Shown here: positions 55,476 to 64,000 of the stretch, in pieces | Position numbering within the stretch: the first letter of the stretch is position 1 | How the letters are laid out: each line of letters opens with the position of its first letter | Origin: Octopus vulgaris | Lineage: Eukaryota | Direction: 5' to 3' | NCBI GenBank assembly: GCA_951406725.2 | Contig: OX597820.1 | Location: forward strand, 50,902,001 to 50,966,000 | DNA: 64,000 nucleotides | Notes under the pieces: model-generated | The model's input: only the letters and a program-made list of their open reading frames with translations | What the model was told of the DNA's origin: nothing | Database searches by the model: none | Position numbers and translations under genes: made by a program

Positions 55476-56972
55476 ATATTTGGGGAATATGCATAAATAG
55501 ATATCTGAGAGATTTTCCAATCATGAGTTTTCAGTTTTTCGATCGATCAACAGAACTACCAAAATTATTGTATTAGGATATAAGTAGCTAAGTATTACAC
55601 AGATACACATACTCTTTTTATATAATTCTGGGTCAGGATTATAATGGCAAAATTTGACAGTGCTGAGCTGTTGGTTTATGGATGCTACCCCCACAATGGC
55701 CTTCCATGCAATTTCGGCGTTGCCTATTTCACTGATATAGAACAGGGTAACTAAGAAAACCGAAATGGCACTATCCGCAGAGTCACGAAGTGTGATCATA
55801 CTCAGGACATAGTGATTGCAAAGCTAATTTCGTAAATTTTCCCCTTATTGCAGTATCGTAGAATCATAGAACAAGTTAAAAAGACAAAATGCCTCGCGTA
55901 TATTCTATATTTTTCTATATTTCACCATTGTATATTTTGCTTTGGCAAAGTTCCAAGCTCAATGTATTTTGTATCATCTACATAATGGAGTGTTCGTTCT
56001 ATTATAATCCTCCGAGAATTCAATACGATATTGGATTTAGTGCTATGTTTATATTAATAGATACTACAGAGACATCCTCGTCATTATTTCTTTTTGAAAT
56101 GCACAGACTGTAATTTTACATTGTTTTCCATTACTTAGCTCACCCTTATTGTCTTGTAACTTAACAATGTTAATTTTTACCTTCCACTTCTTCAAGATCA
56201 ATAAAATAATATAGTCTCAGATCAATCGCCTAAAAACTTCCATCTGAGTGAGTGACATGTGCCAATATTAGAAATCGATGGTCCTTTGTTGAAATGTATT
56301 ATCGTTTATCAGAAATTTATAACGAGTTTTTGCTTCTGAAATCATGTTAAATAAACTTCGGGGTGGAGAAACGTTCTCGAAGACATCTAATTCCCTTAGT
56401 CAGGAATACTAGACTTTCGACTCATTCGAAATAATCTGAGCTGGAATGCACACTAAAATACAGATAAAATTAATGCTAGTTGGAGGAAGAATAACAGAAC
56501 ATGTGGAGAGAGAGAAAAAAAACCGATAAGAATAGAGATATCCACTGTGAGGGAAAGAGTGAAAGGAAGTTACATTGAAATGTAGCGAAAATATGAGAGA
56601 GAAATGTAGAGAGGATCAACATACGAAAGCTTTCAATGAGGTGTAAGAAGAGGGGTAGTATAGTAAAAGAATCACGGTTTCAGCACAGTAATAGAGGCGG
56701 GGGAATGGGTCAGAGCTACGTGCAAAATGGACGAACGGGAAGAGGATAGAGATTTTTGTACAAGCTTTCGCAACATTACACACACGCGCAAATAAATATA
56801 TACGTACATAGATACAAACATTACCCCCATATAATATAAGCATGCAGAGCACTGACACACACACACATATGCACATATGCGCCCCCCCCCCCATACAAGC
56901 ACACAGACATATATATGTATATATTAATATGAGTATATAGATACGCTCACGCGTTTGTGTGCATCTGTCTAT

Positions 56973-57024
<52 letters not shown>

Positions 57025-57067
57025 CTCTCTGGCTATATATCTATGTCTCTTACGTTATCTCACTTTG

Positions 57068-57099
<32 letters not shown>

Positions 57100-57633
57100 T
57101 CTATATACACTTATATATATGCATGTATATATATACATATATATATATATATACATGCATACATATGTGTATGTATGTACATATGTGTATGTATGTATGT
57201 ATGTATGTATGTATGTATATACGATGATGATGAATAGCAGGAAATTATACCCAATGCCACAAGAGTGGATCAATATTTCTTTAATTATAACCAGTTGTTC
57301 TATACCATAGGTTTGCACTGAATAATGAATAAGTTCCCTATTTAATTGTCAATGGTAAACTTATCATTCATTTTCAAACTCCGATTGAATAACTGCGAAT
57401 GCATTGTAACGAAACCGATGGTGTCAGAAAACGTATGTCTATTAAAAGTGTAATGGAAACTAGTTAAGAATCTTATGCTATATGTTACCAATAATACTAA
57501 TTTCCCCTGGTACATCAAAGGATAGGATACAATTATACCAAGACTTCTCATGCCAAAATACGTACCTATTGATTTAGATAACTTCCTCTGTTAGAACACC
57601 GAAATTTGGCACAACAATCAATAACATCCAGTG

Positions 57634-57682
<49 letters not shown>

Positions 57683-58367
57683 GACACATTTGCTGGCCTG
57701 CACCTTGAGGAATACTGCTTTATTAATACCCTATCTTATGTAGGGTGTACAAATGTTGGAATTCCCATGATCTCATTATTTACGCCCTTGTAGGCAAAAC
57801 CAATAACACTGGGTATGTATAGCTGAAGACATGACAATTCTTAGTGTTAACAAGTCTATAATGATTTCAATTCTAACATCATACAACCTGAGAAACATCA
57901 CAACTGCGAAAATAATTACCTTAGCACTGCATGCATTGTATTTACAGAAATCTCCTATGTTATTTCTGAACATCCTGTTTTCTCAAGTAGCAATAATGTC
58001 TTATTTCTATGAGTGGTTTCGTTCCCTATACTAAGACATGATTCAAAGTATATGAAAAATTCAAGGATTTGTTGAAGAATTTACACCTGTTTCAATAAAA
58101 TTCTCAAATTTTTATGTTCGCATTTACTTACACATGTTTTGTTTTTTAATATAATTAGATTAGCTTTATATCATTTTCTCACTTAAAATATGAAACACTA
58201 TTGATATTAGCTACTATCAATTGTACTCTTTATTATAAGCAAGGTTGCTTACAATTTAATACTTTGCAATTTTTAAAAATAATTCCAAGAGTCTTCTATG
58301 AAACCCGTAAACAATTCTGGATAGTTTAATTCAGCATTCAACTCGAACAAGTGCTGATATTCTGCAA

Positions 58368-58444
<77 letters not shown>

Positions 58445-58659
58445 CACACACACACACGGACGCAAACACAGGCACAAACGAACACGCGCGCGCAAGCACA
58501 TACTGACACAGGGACACACATACAACCACAAATATAGATACAAACACTCATGCAGGAACATATTTCTCAAAATCCTAATGGATTTATCTTGAAAAATTAC
58601 GTATATGCATCCATTTATTAATATACAATCAACGATATCAGCACATATTTATATTAGTG

Positions 58660-58982
58660 AACTGGCAATCTCTCTATTACGGCGACGGGTGTTCACGTTG
58701 ATCCGATCAACTGAACATGCTGCTAGTGAAATTAACTTGCAAGTGGCTAGCATTTCACAGACTCTGGCGCTCCTAACATAGTTCTCAGCGAGATTCAGCG
58801 TGACACAGAATGTGACAATGATACCTCATTGCATTCCAGGTACAGCTCATGTTCGCCAACTGAGTACAATGCAGCAATGTGAAACACAATGTCATATTGT
58901 AGGATATAACGCACCGCCGGGGATTGAAATCACAATCTTTCGATCGTATGCTGAATATCCTATGCACCAAGCCACGCACTGC
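58660..58982 (-). mobile_element. SINE family D (Ceph-SINE-like)
   Basis: Reverse complement of 19115-19440: GTTGATCCGAT...AATTAACTTGCAAGTGGCT...TAGTTCTC..GAGATTCAGCGT...GGGATTGAA. Confidence 0.72.
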
Positions 58983-59789
58983 ACTCATGTACGAATATGT
59001 GTGAGTGGGAAACAATGAATAAGATTAGCTGGACAATTGTATATATAACATTGTGTGTGTGTGTGTGTGTGTGTGAGTACTCACAAACACTCACTTGCAC
59101 ACACGCTTACACACATACACATATATATATATTTGTGTGTGTGTGTGTGTGTGTTTCCGTGTACGTATATACATGTATGCTTAAATGTACGTATGCATGT
59201 ATGTAAATATGGATTTGGCTAATTATGTTGCACTATTTTTACGCGTTTCATCGTTGAAATTTCGCTTCATTTGTCGGCTTTCATTTATATGTTCTTCCAC
59301 ACTTGCTCGGTCTCTCCCTCTCGCCCTCACTTTCTTTCTCTTGACATGCACATCACCTGACACACACACCAATGGAAGTATGCATGTATGCATCTATTTT
59401 ATGCATTCATACGTATGAGTGTGTTGCGTACGTATGTGTCTGAGGAGCAAGGTGACTACCTAGGTAACATACATAACCATTTTCAGATTCACATCAAACA
59501 AGATTAAAAAGAACTTTCCTTATTGATCCCAATATCCCCCACACTGAATAAACATATCTTTCTTTCGAAAATCGGCTTCCCACTCGTGTATGTGATAGTT
59601 GTTTGTGTTGCGCTGTCAAAAATATCTTTTGGTGAGCTAAAAATATTAATAAAACACTTTCATATATTAATATGGCCTCACCTGCTGATCGGTAAGGCCG
59701 CGATTCATTGTTCGTCAGTCTTTCAGTTTGTATGCCTGCCTATCTGACTATATAACTATCTATCTATCTCACATTATTCTCCGTTCTTC

Positions 59790-59820
<31 letters not shown>

Positions 59821-59827
59821 CATACAT

Positions 59828-59884
<57 letters not shown>

Positions 59885-59886
59885 CA

Positions 59887-59928
<42 letters not shown>

Positions 59929-61739
59929 CACATATACACGCATATATACATACATATATATATGTATGTATATATATATATACACATACATACATGTGTA
60001 TATACATAGGTACATGTATGTATATATATATACAGATATAGGTATATATTTATATATATATATATATATTATATATATATCTACATATGTACATATACAT
60101 ATACTTATATATACATATATGCATATATATGGGTAAGGAGATGTGTGTGTGTGAGTGTGAGTGTACTTGAATATGTCTGTATATATATGTGTATCTTTGA
60201 TTTTGAGTTTAGATACGTGGGCGCCTGTTGTACTTAAGTTGGACAGTAGAAAAGTTGTTGACAGTTTTATGGTTTTCTGCTGCCCCGAGGCTTGTTTCTT
60301 TGCATCTCACTTAACCGACAAAATATTTGCTCGGTTCTAATGATCTTAAAGCTGAACTAGAGTCTGCAGCATATGTGTAATTCCTGTACGTTCAGCACAG
60401 ACATTAACCATAAACTGATTTATATAAGTGAATTTAAATGATATTGCCTTTTGATTCTCTATTCTTCTCGCACGTCCGTTCAAGCCACGCTTGATTTTCC
60501 GATCAATGTCAATTTTTTTTTTCAATACCACTTATATAACCGACATCATCTTCGATGTGTGAAACTTCACTTGCTTGACATCTTACCTGATTAAAATTCA
60601 CCTGAAGATGGTGGATTATATGTTATGATGTACTGTATGAACATATCACTAAAATTCTATAGAAGAAGCTGCCGTAACTATTAAACCTCACTTGCTTTAT
60701 GTTTTACTATCTACGTCATAGATGGAACGAATTCCAGAGTCGGGTCAGCAGTGTGAACTCAACTTGGTTTTTAAATATATGCAGTATCCTCCACACATAT
60801 TATCACTTCATTGTTTTGTTTTTTGTGTTATCGTGTCTTGCTAACATTGGCGCCTTACACGTTGATGTGCATAGTGTTTGTGTTGTGTATGTATGTGTGT
60901 GTGTGTGTGTGTGCGTTACTGTGTGTGTACAAGAATGTCACCTTCATATGGCGGGTAAATGGGAAAGTACTTTCGCTACAATGGAAGATATAGCTAAATA
61001 TTGCATACCTACATTACTTATACTTCAACCCTTATTAAATTTCATTTTGCTTTTAGAAAATAATGAAATGTATATCAATAGAATTAAATGACCTAATTTC
61101 TTAATTGTATAAATCCTGCTATAAATTCTATATCATTTACCCTCTTCTCCTCCTGGCGACACCGAGTCAAGACTGTGCACTCGTGTTGCACATTTAATTC
61201 TAACTCCGCCCTCTTCCATCTATATGATGTGAAATGGGATTGCAGGCATCAAGCTAGAACGAACGAGCCTACCAAACAACATCTATTATTATTTTATGAC
61301 ATACATGAGCGTATACACTTATACATACACACGCACACGCAACCACACAAGCACAGTCACATTCCCTAACAAGTACAAAGACACACACAAACACATATAC
61401 ATATAGGATAATACAAGCAGAGACACTCTAACGCTTGGCCTAATAATGCTAGACGCCTGATTTCCATGGCGCATAGGTTATAATTCTGCTGCTGGGTTTA
61501 TAGCAACTTATTTGGAGGGGTTGATTATGTCTATTACATCAATATTAGTACGTGATTGGTATTTTAGTATATCGACACCGAAGCCGGCAGAGGCCCGACT
61601 TGAACTCAGAAGGTAAACGATCTGGAAGGATTCTACCAGGAAAGAGCCTTCCACCACTATAATTTATAATTCTCCTTTCTATATTCATACACATGATATT
61701 TATGTAAGTATATATGTAGACATATATGTATGTATGTAA

Positions 61740-61773
<34 letters not shown>

Positions 61774-61857
61774 AAAGACGTATATATATGAAGATATACG
61801 TACATCATACACAAACACAGATGCGCACACATACATAAATACATACATGCATACAAA

Positions 61858-61942
<85 letters not shown>

Positions 61943-63003
61943 GTATATATATATACTCTTTCCCTCTCCTGTTCAGTGTTTGTAAAGTAGACGTGCTTCT
62001 ACGTTCTTTTCTCTTTATGTATTTGTGTCTGTAGATATGTGTGTATTTTTCTGCTTCCGTGTGTGTGTATGTGTGTGTGTGTGTCTGTGTGTTTGTGTGT
62101 CTCTGTGTGTTTGTGTGTGTGTGTCCATCTGTTATAGAAATCCGGACTCGAGCGTGTTGTGAAAAATTAATTATGTAAGAAATATTTGGAGAAGATGATT
62201 ACCTTTTTCCCTGCAAGCGAACTCTGAAGTCTGACATTAATTTTAATGATTTGTTTAGAGGAGACACAAGGCCAATTATTTTTGTCGACATGGAGAAAAT
62301 ATAATAAAAGCGATTGTTTCATACTGCCGCGAGTAATCAATCTTTCCACTGATGAACATATCTGACAGTGACGATGGGTGTCATTGTTTATACTGAGAAG
62401 CCTAGAGCTAATACAGTTTTACTTTGCGCTGAAACACATTGAATTTTCATCTATCTGTAAGCGTGAGAATGTGCTGAGACGATATCTTGACCAGAGATTT
62501 GATTGAATTTTCTCCTGACTTAGATAATGAGCATAAAAATTACTGGTCCCTGAAATTCACATTTGACTTCATGGAACGGTGTTACTAAACAACACTCTAA
62601 CTATATATAGGAGTTCACGAAAAATTTATATTCAGATGAATACGATACGTAAGTCGAGGCACCAGAATTTAGTACGGTATTATCCATACAATGTGAAAAT
62701 AAGGTGATTAAAAGCAAAATAAGCAATCAAAATGGCATACAGAGTTAATGCATTACGATCGTTTCAAGCAACTCCATTTAATTGAACAATGCAATCATTA
62801 CAGCAATTTAAATGCAGAGCAATCCTCAGTTGCATAAAAACATAGAATGTAATTAAATTAAATTCTATGTCTCTATGCAGCTGAGGATTACTCTGTACTT
62901 AAATTAATGTAATGAGTGTATTGTTCAATTAGATGGAGTTGCTTGAAACAATCGTACTGCATTGCCTCTTGATATCCTTGTTGCTTATATATGTATGTAT
63001 ATG

Positions 63004-63100
<97 letters not shown>

Positions 63101-64000
63101 ATGTGTGTGTGCATGTGTGTGTTTGCGTGTGTGTACGTATGTATATAAAGTTTATTTGCCAACATCACATGGTAGTCCTGACGAGGAATGTGGTCGTACT
63201 TTTTGACCCCAGATAAACTTCTTTTTTCTGCTTTTCATCTTATAGATGGAGGCGGGTGGAGGTAGAATGAGGGGTGCATACTGTTACTAAGACCACTGAC
63301 TCCTAGCCGTTGGTATTACCAGCAGACCAATGGTTTCTGGGTTATTTCACTTCCTCGGTGCTGAATAACCGCCTGGCAAAACACAGCAGTGACCTTATTC
63401 ACAGTATATTCTTTTAAATCTCGTATTGAGATCTATGTGATAACAGTACTGGATAGGAAACTTGATCTGCTAGCATAAGAGTTTCTGAGATACAGTAGTC
63501 ACTCATCGAAATCTGCTGTTTTAAGTTTTACGCGAGAAAGGGATCCAGTGAAATGATCCAACAGACAAGTAGAAATAATAACACAGATGCTTACAGATCT
63601 CATCATTTCATTATTAACTATATTTTACCTAGCACATACCACACAACTCCACACACACGTATGTGTGTGTATGTGTGTGAGTGCGTGCGTGTGTGTGTGT
63701 GTGTGTGTGTGTGCTTTTCAAACAGGTCAAGTACTTTTTAGCATGTAACACAATGATTGTCATGGTAGATTCCGAAACTACTGAAAGAGAATATATTGTT
63801 GATAAAAGATTGACGTTATTTATCACCAACGGCTTAATAATTTTCTTTTTTCCGTGGATAAAGAAATTCAGAGTATAAAGTAATCTACAGTACTACACCA
63901 CTTTACATTCTACCTGTGTTGGCCTTGCATATATATGGAAATGCATATTTATTTTTGGGGGCGGGTTATGGGGGTGGAAATACGGTCAAGTAGAAACAAA

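Overview
AT-rich, microsatellite-saturated eukaryotic DNA. The SINE/LINE repertoire suggests a coleoid cephalopod, probably Octopus (inference). Only one host gene is supported: the large first coding exon (51286-52784, +) of a heparan-sulfate glucosamine 3-O-sulfotransferase of the HS3ST2/3/4/6 type, ending at a phase-2 GT donor. Its next exon was not found in the remaining ~11 kb. The rest is decayed mobile DNA: R4/Dong-like RLE non-LTR retrotransposons beside microsatellites, two near-full-length mariner relics (one nested in a LINE), Penelope-like (GIY-YIG) fragments, RTE, Tx1/L1 and possible BEL/Pao fragments, a Tc1-type MITE and at least four tRNA-derived SINE families. The most striking unexplained structure is a set of short inverted-repeat (fold-back) elements, mostly embedded in (TA)n/(CA)n tracts. 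Several carry minimal type-I hammerhead-ribozyme motifs with palindromic stem III, in at least four distinct sequence variants, and one is a perfect 158-bp spacerless palindrome. Nearly all short ORFs in the supplied track are microsatellite artefacts. All alignments and translations were done by eye, so repeat boundaries are approximate.
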